The notes beneath the pieces were generated by a model. The model made no database searches and was not told where the DNA came from. It worked only from the letters and a program-made list of their open reading frames with translations. Shown here piece after piece: positions 55,835-64,000 of a stretch of 64,000 bases of DNA. The position numbers and the translations under genes are program-made. This DNA is from Bacteroidia bacterium (GTDB lineage Bacteria; Bacteroidota; Bacteroidia; UBA4408). The stretch is taken from NCBI GenBank assembly GCA_044370375.1, contig JBILVQ010000001.1:173-64172 (forward strand). The letters are read 5' to 3'. Numbering within the stretch: the first letter of the stretch is position 1; each line of letters opens with the position of its first letter.

Positions 55835-56437
55835 TTAATGTAGTTTTGATTGAATCAGGTTAATAAATTCAGATCGGGTGGTGTCTTTCAAAAATTCACC
55901 GGTAAAGGCAGAGGTGGTGGTAACCGAATTTTGTTTTTGAATTCCTCTCATCTGCATACACAAGTGGGCACATTCAATGACAACCGCAACACCTAAGGGA
56001 TTTAAGGTTTCCTGAATGCAGTCTCTTATTTCTGTGGTCAGTCTTTCCTGTACCTGTAATCTTCTTGCATAGGCCTCAACAACACGTGGAATTTTGCTCA
56101 ATCCAACTATGTAACCATTGGGGATATAGGCAACATGCGCTTTGCCAAGAAAAGGCAATAGATGATGCTCGCACAAAGAATAAACTTCAATGTCTTTAAC
56201 AATGACCATTTGCTTATAATCTTCTTTAAACATGGCAGAAAGAAGAATTTTTTTTGGGTTCAGGCGATAACCATGGGTTAAAAAATGCATGGCTTTGCTC
56301 GCTCTTTCCGGGGTTTTCAGCAAACCTTCCCGCTCGGTGTTTTCTCCCAGTGAATGAAGAACGTTCTTGTAATGTTGAGCTACTTGATTAACCTGATCAT
56401 CACTGTAGGTTATTTTTTTTGAATCAATTTCTTCCAT
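55835..56437 (-). CDS. folE: GTP cyclohydrolase I
   Basis: Features include the CEHHLLPF motif, [14 protein letters not shown] and the C-terminal QERLT. The length is 200 aa. Confidence 0.85.
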   Translation of the reverse strand: MEEIDSKKITYSDDQVNQVAQHYKNVLHSLGENTEREGLLKTPERASKAMHFLTHGYRLNPKKILLSAMFKEDYKQMVIVKDIEVYSLCEHHLLPFLGKAHVAYIPNGYIVGLSKIPRVVEAYARRLQVQERLTTEIRDCIQETLNPLGVAVVIECAHLCMQMRGIQKQNSVTTTSAFTGEFLKDTTRSEFINLIQSKLH

Positions 56438-56448
56438 TTTTCAGCAGA

Positions 56449-56862
56449 TTAATTTCCAAAATACTCAACAAAATTATTCTCCGTTTCATACAACAATATC
56501 TTGTGAAGGCTGCAACCATGTTCTTGCAAAATCGGAAATAATTCGTTCCAAATTCCTATGGCAAGGTTTTCAGTAGATGCCATTTTTCCACGCATAAAGG
56601 CTACCTCGAGGTTGATGTTTTTGTGGTCGATCGCTTCCACAATTTTCTCTTTAATAATTCTACTCAGAAGTTTAAGATCAATAACAAAACCGGTTTCAGG
56701 ACTCGGTTCCCCTTTTACCGTAACAAACAAATCGAAATTATGTCCATGCCAGTTGGCGTTGGCGCATTTACCAAAGGTAGCGGCATTTTTTTCATCGCTC
56801 CAGTCCTCGCGCCAAACTTTATGGGCCGCGTTAAAGTGTTCTTTTCTTGTAACGTAAATCAT
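56449..56862 (-). CDS. queD: 6-carboxy-5,6,7,8-tetrahydropterin synthase / 6-pyruvoyl-tetrahydropterin synthase family
   Basis: Features include RKEHFNAAHKV...CANANWHGHNFDLFVTVKGEPSPETGFVIDL. The length is 137 aa and the gene is adjacent to folE. Confidence 0.8.
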   Translation of the reverse strand: MIYVTRKEHFNAAHKVWREDWSDEKNAATFGKCANANWHGHNFDLFVTVKGEPSPETGFVIDLKLLSRIIKEKIVEAIDHKNINLEVAFMRGKMASTENLAIGIWNELFPILQEHGCSLHKILLYETENNFVEYFGN

Positions 56863-56936
56863 AACAATTGGTCAAAGATAAGAAATGTTAGGGCAGACCA
56901 TATGCATCGGCCCCCCTTTTCTTTATATTCCTTTGA

Positions 56937-57674
56937 ATGCATATTCCTGCTAATTTTGCAAAAGAAATGGTGAACAAAAATTATTATGGTTTATTGGTAA
57001 TGGCAACTCGTTTGGAGGCCGGACCCTTGCTTGATCATTTTGTTGCCGATTCCACCAATTTCAGATTGTATCATGGTAAAAATCATTGGGAACATTGGAT
57101 AATGCTCATTACCGGTGTTGGTATGGTCAACACAGCACTTTTTACCGGCATCACCTTGTCTTCTTTTTCTTTCAAAATGGCTGTAAATGCAGGGGTTGCC
57201 GGATCATTTAATCAACAGCTATCCTTAGGAACCGTGCTCCGTATTGATGAGGACAGCATTCCCGAATTAGGTGCCGAAGATCATGATGCCTTCATGAATC
57301 TGAACGAGTTGGGAATTTATTTTCCTGAGCAGTTACCTCTGGATCCTGAGAACAAGTTGTCTGCCTTTCATGACGACTCGATTTTTCCGTCCTTATGGGC
57401 CCAATTACCCAAAGGGAAGGCGGTTACTGTTAACAAGGCCCACGGCAATGCTCAATCTATTGAGGCCTTTGAAAGCGAATTTGTTGCTGAATTGGAAAGC
57501 ATGGAGGGAGCGGGTTTCATGATGGCTTGTAAAGCATTGCATCTTCCCTTTCTCCAAATACGATCTATTTCCAACTATGTTGAACCCAGAAACAAGGCAA
57601 ACTGGAAAATGGCTTTGGCCCTTCGTAATTTACATGAGACCCTCAACAATGGTCTTACATCAAACAAAAAATGA
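56937..57674 (+). CDS. mqnB: Futalosine hydrolase-like nucleosidase (PNP/MTAN family), putative MqnB
   Basis: An MTA/SAH-nucleosidase-like C-terminal segment is present (ESMEGAGFMMACKALHLPFLQIRSISNYV), along with an N-terminal glycine-rich segment (ITGVGMVNTA). A 4-nt overlap with the downstream mqnD-like gene suggests coupling. Confidence 0.55.
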   Translation: MHIPANFAKEMVNKNYYGLLVMATRLEAGPLLDHFVADSTNFRLYHGKNHWEHWIMLITGVGMVNTALFTGITLSSFSFKMAVNAGVAGSFNQQLSLGTVLRIDEDSIPELGAEDHDAFMNLNELGIYFPEQLPLDPENKLSAFHDDSIFPSLWAQLPKGKAVTVNKAHGNAQSIEAFESEFVAELESMEGAGFMMACKALHLPFLQIRSISNYVEPRNKANWKMALALRNLHETLNNGLTSNKK

Positions 57675-58507
57675 AACTAGTTCTAGCCTATTCACCATGT
57701 CCTAACGACACCTTTATTTTCGGAGCCCTTATTAATCAATTAATAGATACCGAGGGCATTGAATTTGAAGTGGTATTGGATGACGTAGAATCTTTGAACA
57801 GAGCGGCCCTCAAGCACAAGTATCCGATTACTAAATTGAGTTTTGGCATGTATGCAAACGTTATCGGTAATTATCATTTGCTTTCTGCCGGGGCAGCTCT
57901 CGGAAGGGCATGCGGACCCTTGCTTATCAGCAGGCAACCCATCGCGGAAATAAAATCCAGTGACGCATACCGGATTGCTATTCCCGGAAAGAACACAACG
58001 GCCAATTTTTTATTAAACATCTTTTTTCCGGCCCTGACCTATAAAAAGGAAATGCTATTCAGTGAAATTCAGCCTGCATTGATCAGAAATGAGATTGATC
58101 TGGGCCTGATCATTCATGAAAGTCGTTTTACCTATGAAAAAAGCGGACTGTATAAAGTGGCCGATTTAGGCGAATTATGGGAGAATGCTACCGGTTTTCC
58201 GATTCCTTTGGGTGGTATTTTTATCGACCAGCAATTACCCTTGGCAATAAGCAAAAAAGTAAATCGTTTAATCAGAAAAAGCATTGAGTTTGCAAGAAAC
58301 AACCCTGATGCCATCATGCCTTATGTTCGTGAACATGCCAACGAAATGGATGAATGGGTAATGAAACAGCACATTGATTTGTATGTCAACAACTATTCTT
58401 TAAATTTGGGCGAAGATGGTAAGGAAGCGGTGCGGTATTTGTTGACAAGAGCAGGTAAAGACAAATCTTTATTAATGAGTGAGTTGAATTGGTTGGTACA
58501 GGATTAA
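57671..58507 (+). CDS. mqnD: MqnA/MqnD-family menaquinone (futalosine pathway) biosynthesis protein, probably 1,4-dihydroxy-6-naphthoate synthase MqnD
   Basis: The N-terminus LVLAYSPCPNDTFIFGAL resembles the MqnD signature. The length of 278 aa fits the SBP-like fold family. Confidence 0.55.
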   Translation: MKLVLAYSPCPNDTFIFGALINQLIDTEGIEFEVVLDDVESLNRAALKHKYPITKLSFGMYANVIGNYHLLSAGAALGRACGPLLISRQPIAEIKSSDAYRIAIPGKNTTANFLLNIFFPALTYKKEMLFSEIQPALIRNEIDLGLIIHESRFTYEKSGLYKVADLGELWENATGFPIPLGGIFIDQQLPLAISKKVNRLIRKSIEFARNNPDAIMPYVREHANEMDEWVMKQHIDLYVNNYSLNLGEDGKEAVRYLLTRAGKDKSLLMSELNWLVQD

Positions 58508-58519
58508 AATTGAAATGAT

Positions 58520-59485
58520 ATGATCATAATTACCGGAGCAGCAGGTTTTATAGGTAGTGCATTGCTGGCTTTTCTAAACGAAAAAAATTTCAATGATATT
58601 GTTTTGGTGGACCATTTTACCAATGAACAAAAATTGAAAAATCTGGCTGGCAAGAAGTATTCTTTTATGGTTAACCGTGAAGAGTTTCATGATTGGCTCG
58701 ACATTCATCACTCCTTGGTACAATTTGTTTTTCATTTGGGGGCGAGGACCGATACGGCAGAGTTTGATTTGGATTTGCTGAATCGATTGAATTTGAATTT
58801 CAGCAAGAAAGTTTTTGAACAGTGTACGGAATATGGATTGCCTTTGGTGTATGCATCCTCTGCTGCTACCTATGGTGATGGAGCCTTGGGATTTGATGAT
58901 GACGAAAGCATCTGTCCGCAATTGCATCCCCTAAACCCTTACGGTTTTTCCAAGAATGAGATGGACAAGTGGGTCCTTCGTCAGCCTGAGCGGCCTTACT
59001 TTTGGGCAGGTTTAAAATTCTTTAACGTATACGGCCCCAATGAGTATCATAAAAAAAGAATGGCCTCTGTTATTTTTCATTCATATCATCAGATAAAGAA
59101 TAATGGTGAGGTAAAACTGTTTCGTTCTCACAGACCCGAGTATGCCGATGGCGAGCAATTGAGAGATTTTGTTTATGTAAAAGATGTTTGCAAGGTTTGT
59201 TATTTCTTTATGAAGAACAGGAGCCGTTCCGGTATTTATAATTTGGGAACAGGTGAGGCAAGAAGTTTTCTTGACTTAACCAATTCCGTTTTTTTGTCGA
59301 TGAATTTAAAACCTGCTATTTCCTTTATCGATATTCCGGAGGACATTCGAAACAAGTATCAGTATTATACACAAGCAAAAATGGAAAAATTGCGCAGGGC
59401 CGGATTTACAGATGATTTTACCAGCCTTGAGGCAGGTATCAGTGATTATGTAAAGAATTATCTCCTGGAAGAGAAGTATTACTAA
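58520..59485 (+). CDS. hldD: ADP-L-glycero-D-manno-heptose 6-epimerase
   Basis: The N-terminus MIIITGAAGFIGSALLAFLNEKNFNDIVLVDHF is present, with the SDR catalytic YxxxK (ASSAATYGDG...) and an overall RfaD-like layout. Confidence 0.75.
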   Translation: MIIITGAAGFIGSALLAFLNEKNFNDIVLVDHFTNEQKLKNLAGKKYSFMVNREEFHDWLDIHHSLVQFVFHLGARTDTAEFDLDLLNRLNLNFSKKVFEQCTEYGLPLVYASSAATYGDGALGFDDDESICPQLHPLNPYGFSKNEMDKWVLRQPERPYFWAGLKFFNVYGPNEYHKKRMASVIFHSYHQIKNNGEVKLFRSHRPEYADGEQLRDFVYVKDVCKVCYFFMKNRSRSGIYNLGTGEARSFLDLTNSVFLSMNLKPAISFIDIPEDIRNKYQYYTQAKMEKLRRAGFTDDFTSLEAGISDYVKNYLLEEKYY

Positions 59486-59925
59486 TGCTCATTGATATCA
59501 TTCGTTTTTTGCTTGGCTTAAAACCGGTACGTTATTTTTTTTCTGCCGGAATTGCCACCATCGTAGATGTTGTTGTATATTATTTGGTTTACAATCATGT
59601 GCTTCATCAAGAGGAGCTTTCAATTGTTAATTCAATGATTTTTAAGGCGCCAACAGTTGCACTAACATGCTCCTATTCTTGCGGCCTGGTCACCAATTTC
59701 ACCATTACCAAATATTTTGTTTTTCATGAGTCTGAATTATCAGGAAGAATTCAATTGTTTCGTTTTATCTTGGTGGCCTTTGTAGTGTTGATAGCCAATT
59801 ATTATTTCATGTATTTTTTAATCAATATTTTGGGCTGGTTCCCAACTTTATCGAGAGCAGTTTCTGCCATAAGCATTGGCGTATTTAGTTTTGTTGCCCA
59901 TCGTTTTTTTTCTTTTAAGATATAG
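59485..59925 (+). CDS. GtrA-family membrane protein (polysaccharide synthesis/translocation accessory)
   Basis: The length is 146 aa with four hydrophobic helices. The GtrA-like N-terminus is RYFFSAGIATIVDVVVYYLV. It overlaps the hldD stop by 1 nt (TAATG). Confidence 0.6.
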   Translation: MLIDIIRFLLGLKPVRYFFSAGIATIVDVVVYYLVYNHVLHQEELSIVNSMIFKAPTVALTCSYSCGLVTNFTITKYFVFHESELSGRIQLFRFILVAFVVLIANYYFMYFLINILGWFPTLSRAVSAISIGVFSFVAHRFFSFKI

Positions 59926-60041
59926 AAGAAAACAATAAATTTATTGAAACGTCTTTTGTTTGATTAAAATATTTAATTGGGCAGGATAGAACCTACCGTT
60001 TTCTGGTTAAGTTTTAGTCCTCTCAAGAGGTCAAATTGATA

Positions 60042-60216
60042 AAAGGGCATAAAAGCAGAAATTAAATTCTTGTAACCATTGAATTCATCTGAATTATCTA
60101 CCTGTAATGCGTAATTGGTTCCATCAACCCTCAAATTAAGCTAGGTTAATCCCTGTGAATCTGTTATATCAAAGATATTAAATTAAAACCATTTTCTAGA
60201 ACATAATTTTTGGCAA
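60042..60216 (-). pseudogene. Remnant (~175 bp) of the 5' region of the duplicated CTD-cargo gene. It is a third partial copy of the tandem unit.
   Basis: The stretch 60042-60216 is near-identical by eye (about 90% or more) to 61672-61848, the 5' end of the 60831..61766 gene plus the intergenic spacer. No intact ORF is present. Confidence 0.5.
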
Positions 60217-60822
60217 TTACTCTGTGCCAATTTTTTCTTTTTGAAAGTATTTTTTACCAAAGCAATAGCCGATGGATACTGCCGGGGCAAGCCAGTTTTG
60301 AAATTCGTTAACTCTACGATTAAACGATGGGTCTAATCCATTATAGTAATCTATTATTTTCTTCCCATAAATCAAAGAAACACCCAAAATCAACCTCTCT
60401 TGAAGAATACGTCTTGCGTAGTTTAGACGAAAGTAAACTACAATTGATTTATTCGTTTTGTCCTGAGAGAATGATATTCGGCCCTTGTCATAACCTAATC
60501 CCAACCCTAAAAGGATGCTTCGGCCACTACTATGCTTATAGCCTAAATTTATTGCGGTAGAGATATTATAGGCATGAACTAGTTCATGGTTCCCTTGCAA
60601 ATTATAGCGGTAACCAGCAATCGCATCGGCTTGATAAAACAAACTAGTCTGTTTAATTTTGGAGTTATAGAAATACTGCAAATTGTATGCGTTACTTGTA
60701 CCCCAGAATTCAAAACAAAGGGCATGAAAAAATTGTTTATTTTTTGAAGTACTTGATTGTCCAATTGCAGTTCCATGCAACCCAATTAAAATTGAAATTT
60801 GCAAAACGATTATATTTTTCAT
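60217..60822 (-). CDS. Small outer-membrane beta-barrel protein, PagL-like (putative acyloxyacyl hydrolase / lipid A deacylase family). Copy A.
   Basis: A signal peptide is present. The amphipathic beta-strand pattern is about 200 aa long. The H-x-S motif (YKHSSGRS) with an acidic residue about 15 aa downstream resembles the PagL His-Ser-Glu arrangement. It is a paralogue of 61849..62466 (the shared C-terminus is SIGYCFGKKYFQKEKIGTE). Confidence 0.4.
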   Translation of the reverse strand: MKNIIVLQISILIGLHGTAIGQSSTSKNKQFFHALCFEFWGTSNAYNLQYFYNSKIKQTSLFYQADAIAGYRYNLQGNHELVHAYNISTAINLGYKHSSGRSILLGLGLGYDKGRISFSQDKTNKSIVVYFRLNYARRILQERLILGVSLIYGKKIIDYYNGLDPSFNRRVNEFQNWLAPAVSIGYCFGKKYFQKEKIGTE

Positions 60823-60830
60823 TTTTGAAA

Positions 60831-61766
60831 TTAATTTTTAATTAACTTGGTACTATGGATATTTTCATCAAAATTAATTTTAAGAACATAGATTCCCTTT
60901 GAAATATTTGAAAGGTTGAGTATTGTTTTATTTGAGTAAGAAATACCTGTTTCCAAAATTTGACCCATTGTATTTTGTAATGAATAAGAGTAAGAATGGT
61001 TTACATTAGTTGTTTCTATCGTTAGGGTTTCATTAAACGGATTTGGTGAGATTATTACACGGTGTGATGAATAATTTTCTTGCATGTCAATATTTGGAAC
61101 AATGGTAATTGGATTGATTGAATCAGCTAAATCTGGAAGGTTGATGTTTACCGAGGCATACCTTCCTCCCGTATAACAGGCTGAACTTACAGTCTGAATG
61201 CTTACCTCCGAGCCCGCTTGCAAATAAACCTCCCCTTTAATGGAAACAAAATTGCCGGCCGTAATGCTTGCAGTTACTCCGTCTTGTATAATAAAGTTAG
61301 AATTTTGATAAACAGGAAGGGCTATGCTTTTTTGATTGGTGTTTGCATTGAACAGATAATCACTGTCATAAAGAAACTCTGTGGGAATATCTTCTAAAGT
61401 ATTAATGGTTAAATTGTGTTTGGCATGGAAGTCTTGGTTATAGGTAAGGTTCCTGTTGAAAAGAATTAAATCCACACATTCTTTGTCCCATTGGGCCCTT
61501 ACTACCTGAGAAAAACCATAGCCGCCAATAGCAGAGGAGCTAAGAAAATCTAATGCAGACCTGTTGTTGTTAGGATTGTTTGGATTTCCACCCTCCCATA
61601 CGTTCTTCATGGTTTGCAAAATCAAATCGTAAGTAGTTGTTGATTTTACCGTGCCGTTATCATCAAATTGGTAAAAGGGCATAAAGGCAGAAATTAAATT
61701 CTTGTAAGCATTGAATTCATCTGAATCATCTACCTTTAAGGCGTAATTGGTTCCATCAACCCTCAA
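60831..61766 (-). CDS. T9SS type-A CTD cargo protein, a 5'-truncated tandem duplicate of the 62475..64000 gene (possible pseudogene or TTG-initiated fragment)
   Basis: Residues 1-~210 are near-identical to residues ~190-400 of the 496-aa paralogue. The C-terminal ~100 aa diverge but keep a Por-secretion sorting-domain ending (KGIYVLKINFDENIHSTKLIKN). The ORF starts at a TTG, and the homologous frame upstream hits a stop within 10 codons. There is no signal peptide. Confidence 0.6.
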   Translation of the reverse strand: MRVDGTNYALKVDDSDEFNAYKNLISAFMPFYQFDDNGTVKSTTTYDLILQTMKNVWEGGNPNNPNNNRSALDFLSSSAIGGYGFSQVVRAQWDKECVDLILFNRNLTYNQDFHAKHNLTINTLEDIPTEFLYDSDYLFNANTNQKSIALPVYQNSNFIIQDGVTASITAGNFVSIKGEVYLQAGSEVSIQTVSSACYTGGRYASVNINLPDLADSINPITIVPNIDMQENYSSHRVIISPNPFNETLTIETTNVNHSYSYSLQNTMGQILETGISYSNKTILNLSNISKGIYVLKINFDENIHSTKLIKN

Positions 61767-61848
61767 ATTAAGGTAGGTTAATCCCTCTGAATCTGTTATA
61801 TCAAAGATATTAAATTAAAACCATTTTCTGGAATATAATCTTTGGCCA

Positions 61849-62466
61849 TTACTCTGTGCCAATTTTTTCTTTTTGAAAATATTTTTTACCAAAGCAATAG
61901 CCGATGGATACTCCCGGAAAAAGCCAATTATTTTTTTCTAAAGTCCTTCGATTGAACGTTGGGTTCAATCCATTCTGATAGTTCATAATTTTGATGCCAT
62001 AAACCAATGAAATTCCCAGAATCAATCTTTCATTACATAATCTTCTAGAATAATTAAGTCGAATGTAAGTCAATACTGTTTTGTTTGTTTTATCATCTGA
62101 ACTTAATTTTCCTTGTACGACTCTTCCTTCCTCCTGACCTAAACCAAAACCTAAAAGCAAGCTTCTTCCTGAGTTGTGCAAATAACCTAAATTTCCGGCT
62201 ACTGAAAAATTATACACATGAATTACCCCAGTTTTTCCTGCTGATTCTGACCTATATCCTGCAATTGCATCGGTTTGAAAAAACAAATTCATTTTATTTA
62301 TTTTTTTTAAGAAGAGATAATGAATATTAAATGCTGTGCTCGTACCCCATAACTCTATACATAGCCCATGCTGTTGGTTTAGGTTTTGGTATTTTATTTC
62401 TTTGCCAATCAATTCAAAATTGATGGCCACAACAAATAAGAACAATGTAAAAAGTAATTTTTTCAT
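61849..62466 (-). CDS. Small outer-membrane beta-barrel protein, PagL-like (putative acyloxyacyl hydrolase family). Copy B.
   Basis: A signal peptide is present and the length is 205 aa. The H-x-S motif is YLHNSGRS, with EE 15-16 aa downstream. It is a paralogue of 60217..60822, with DNA identity high at the 3' end and decaying into the gene. Confidence 0.4.
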   Translation of the reverse strand: MKKLLFTLFLFVVAINFELIGKEIKYQNLNQQHGLCIELWGTSTAFNIHYLFLKKINKMNLFFQTDAIAGYRSESAGKTGVIHVYNFSVAGNLGYLHNSGRSLLLGFGLGQEEGRVVQGKLSSDDKTNKTVLTYIRLNYSRRLCNERLILGISLVYGIKIMNYQNGLNPTFNRRTLEKNNWLFPGVSIGYCFGKKYFQKEKIGTE

Positions 62467-62474
62467 TTTTGAAA

Positions 62475-64000
62475 CTAATTTTTAATTATTTTTTGTTTAA
62501 TTATTCCTTCCACAGAAATAATTGAAATAAAATAAACACCATTTTTTAAATGATTTAAGTTTACTTCTGTTTTTCCTGGAAATATTGTGTTAATCTGCAA
62601 GATTTGCCCCATCGAATTTTGTAGAATAAAATTGCTAGGCCGCTCCGTGAATTCAATTTCAATAGTAATGGAGGAAGAAAAGGGATTCGGGTAAGCATTA
62701 ATTTGAGGTTTTATTGGGTCTAGTTGTTTCATTGAATTCTTCTTTACTGATTTTTGAGTTGAAGAATCGATTGGGGCAATAAGATTATTGTTTGATTGTG
62801 AGAATCTTCCACCTGAATAACAATTAGATGTAACAGAACTTATACTTACTTCTGATCCAGAGTTAAAATAAACTTCACCCTTAAGAGAAACAGAATTCCC
62901 TGCAGTGATGTTAGCCGTTACACCACTTGGTATGGTAAAGTTGGAGTTTTGATACACAGGAAGCGCAGTGCTGTTTTGATTGGTGTTAGGATTGAACAGA
63001 TAATCACTGTCATAAAGAAACTCTGTGGGAATATCTTCTAAAGTATTAATGGTTAAATTGTGTTTGGCATGGAAGTCTTGGTTATAGGTAAGGTTCCTGT
63101 TGAAAAGAACTAAATCCACACATTCTTTGTCCCATTGTGCCCTTACAACCTGAGAAAAACCATAGCCGCCAATAGCTGAGGAGCTAAGAAAATCTAATGC
63201 AGACCTGTTGTTGTTAGGATTGTTTGGATTTCCTCCTTCCCATACATTTTTCATGGTTTGCAAAATCAAATCGTAAGTAGTTGTTGATTTTACCGTGCCG
63301 TTATCATCAAATTGGTAAAAGGGCATAAAGGCAGAAATTAAATTCTTGTAAGCATTGGGAACCTGACCATCATCTTCTGCCAAGAAAGTATTGGTTCCAT
63401 CCACCCTTAGGTTAAATTTGGTTAATCCCTCTGAATCCGTTTCATCATAAATATTATTCAAAAACATTCGTCTGAATTTTTCCATTTCTGCATGGTTTAG
63501 AAAAAGGTCATTATTGTTGTTAATGGTGAGTCCCTGCTTATAAGCCTCATAAAAAAAATACATAGAGTTGACTGCATGAGATACGTCCTCGGATGCTTCA
63601 ATTGCCTTTGGGTAATCAAACGAGTTTTCGTCAGGGCAAGGTGCGCATTTGGATAATTCAAGGGACCACCCATTGGTATAATACCAAAAGGAATTATTTG
63701 GGCCGTTTAAAAAAATCGGGGCATCATATTGAATTTCATTTGGACACGGTGAATGGCATTTATCTGTAAAAGTAAGATGGGATTTTAATAATTCTGCTAT
63801 ACGTTTGGCTTTTGTAAGGTGATTGGAATTTCCTGTTAGACCCGTGTAGAGGAAAGGTAATGCGCAAAGAACATTTTGATTGAGTTGAGCAGCTTGTTGA
63901 GGGAAATCTTGATTAAACAGAAAGCCCAATTCAGTGGTGAATAAAATGTCAGCATGTTTGTTCATGGTTATCTCAATCTCCTGGAGCAGAAAATTTGCAA
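62475..64000 (-). CDS. T9SS type-A CTD cargo protein. It probably continues beyond the window end (5' partial).
   Basis: The Por-secretion C-terminal sorting domain ends NGVYFISIISVEGIIKQKIIKN. The ORF track gives 62475..63965 with ATG at 63965. However, the frame stays open to nt 64000 and the called N-terminus (MNKHADILFTTELG) has no signal peptide. A more upstream start outside the window is likely. Confidence 0.65.
   Translation of the reverse strand, partial: ANFLLQEIEITMNKHADILFTTELGFLFNQDFPQQAAQLNQNVLCALPFLYTGLTGNSNHLTKAKRIAELLKSHLTFTDKCHSPCPNEIQYDAPIFLNGPNNSFWYYTNGWSLELSKCAPCPDENSFDYPKAIEASEDVSHAVNSMYFFYEAYKQGLTINNNNDLFLNHAEMEKFRRMFLNNIYDETDSEGLTKFNLRVDGTNTFLAEDDGQVPNAYKNLISAFMPFYQFDDNGTVKSTTTYDLILQTMKNVWEGGNPNNPNNNRSALDFLSSSAIGGYGFSQVVRAQWDKECVDLVLFNRNLTYNQDFHAKHNLTINTLEDIPTEFLYDSDYLFNPNTNQNSTALPVYQNSNFTIPSGVTANITAGNSVSLKGEVYFNSGSEVSISSVTSNCYSGGRFSQSNNNLIAPIDSSTQKSVKKNSMKQLDPIKPQINAYPNPFSSSITIEIEFTERPSNFILQNSMGQILQINTIFPGKTEVNLNHLKNGVYFISIISVEGIIKQKIIKN

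Noticed and set aside
56863-56936. Possible preQ1 riboswitch upstream of queD
   Set aside because: The intergenic region is only ~74 nt and is shared with divergent mqnB. It has no match to the preQ1-I/II consensus beyond a short GC hairpin.
1-64000. Mobile elements, integrases, transposases, and tRNA or rRNA genes
   Set aside because: None of the 6-frame ORFs shows DDE/HTH transposase, tyrosine recombinase or phage motifs. No tRNA cloverleaf or rRNA-like conserved stretch was recognised by eye in the intergenic regions. The 60-64 kb duplications are tandem gene duplications without IS boundaries.

Overview
This 64-kb window looks like a Bacteroidota chromosome segment, probably from a gliding or T9SS-bearing lineage such as Cytophagia, Chitinophagia or Sphingobacteriia. 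GC content appears to be around 40% by eye. Candidate TAnnTTTG -7 promoter boxes, an ileS / DksA-TraR-like / lspA arrangement and T9SS sorting domains support the assignment.

Housekeeping blocks:
- rfbA, an epimerase and a polyprenyl synthase, with overlapping stops and starts.
- ribF.
- lysS, gpsA, an aldo/keto reductase and a TlpA-like thioredoxin.
- ileS, a DksA/TraR-like gene and lspA.
- rimP, nusA and infB.
- rplM and rpsI; rpsB and tsf; pyrH and frr.
- marR, fabD, folE and queD.
- mqnB and mqnD (futalosine pathway), hldD and a GtrA-like gene.

Three accessory-like regions stand out.
- 9.7 to 23.9 kb holds an 11.2-kb gene for a 3735-aa SprB-like adhesin. It has an N-terminal parallel beta-helix, about 41 two-cysteine Ig-like repeats, a CBM4/9-like domain nested inside one of them, a SprB repeat and a type-B T9SS C-terminal domain. 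A PorP/SprF-family gene and an OmpA-family lipoprotein gene with TPR and beta-propeller domains follow it.
- 24.0 to 26.6 kb holds an FNR-like regulator with an N-terminal Cys cluster, a hemerythrin-like protein, a tandem-domain Usp and a small unknown protein. This looks like an O2/NO stress module. A second Usp paralogue sits divergently upstream of the adhesin gene.
- 60.0 to 64.0 kb holds tandemly duplicated units. Each pairs a type-A-CTD T9SS cargo gene with a small PagL-like outer-membrane beta-barrel gene. One copy is 5'-truncated, and a further 175-bp remnant of the cargo-gene junction is present.

Other noteworthy items:
- A secreted leucine-rich-repeat protein is translationally coupled to an OmpR/histidine-kinase pair.
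- An intrinsic-terminator-like hairpin lies in the rimP/nusA/infB leader.
- A Lys/Ala/Pro-rich (histone-H1-like) N-terminus is fused to a DksA/TraR-like domain that has lost three of its four zinc-finger cysteines.

No rRNA, tRNA, CRISPR array, transposase or integrase was recognised by eye. All coordinates were hand-counted and may be off by 1 to 2 nt near homopolymer runs.
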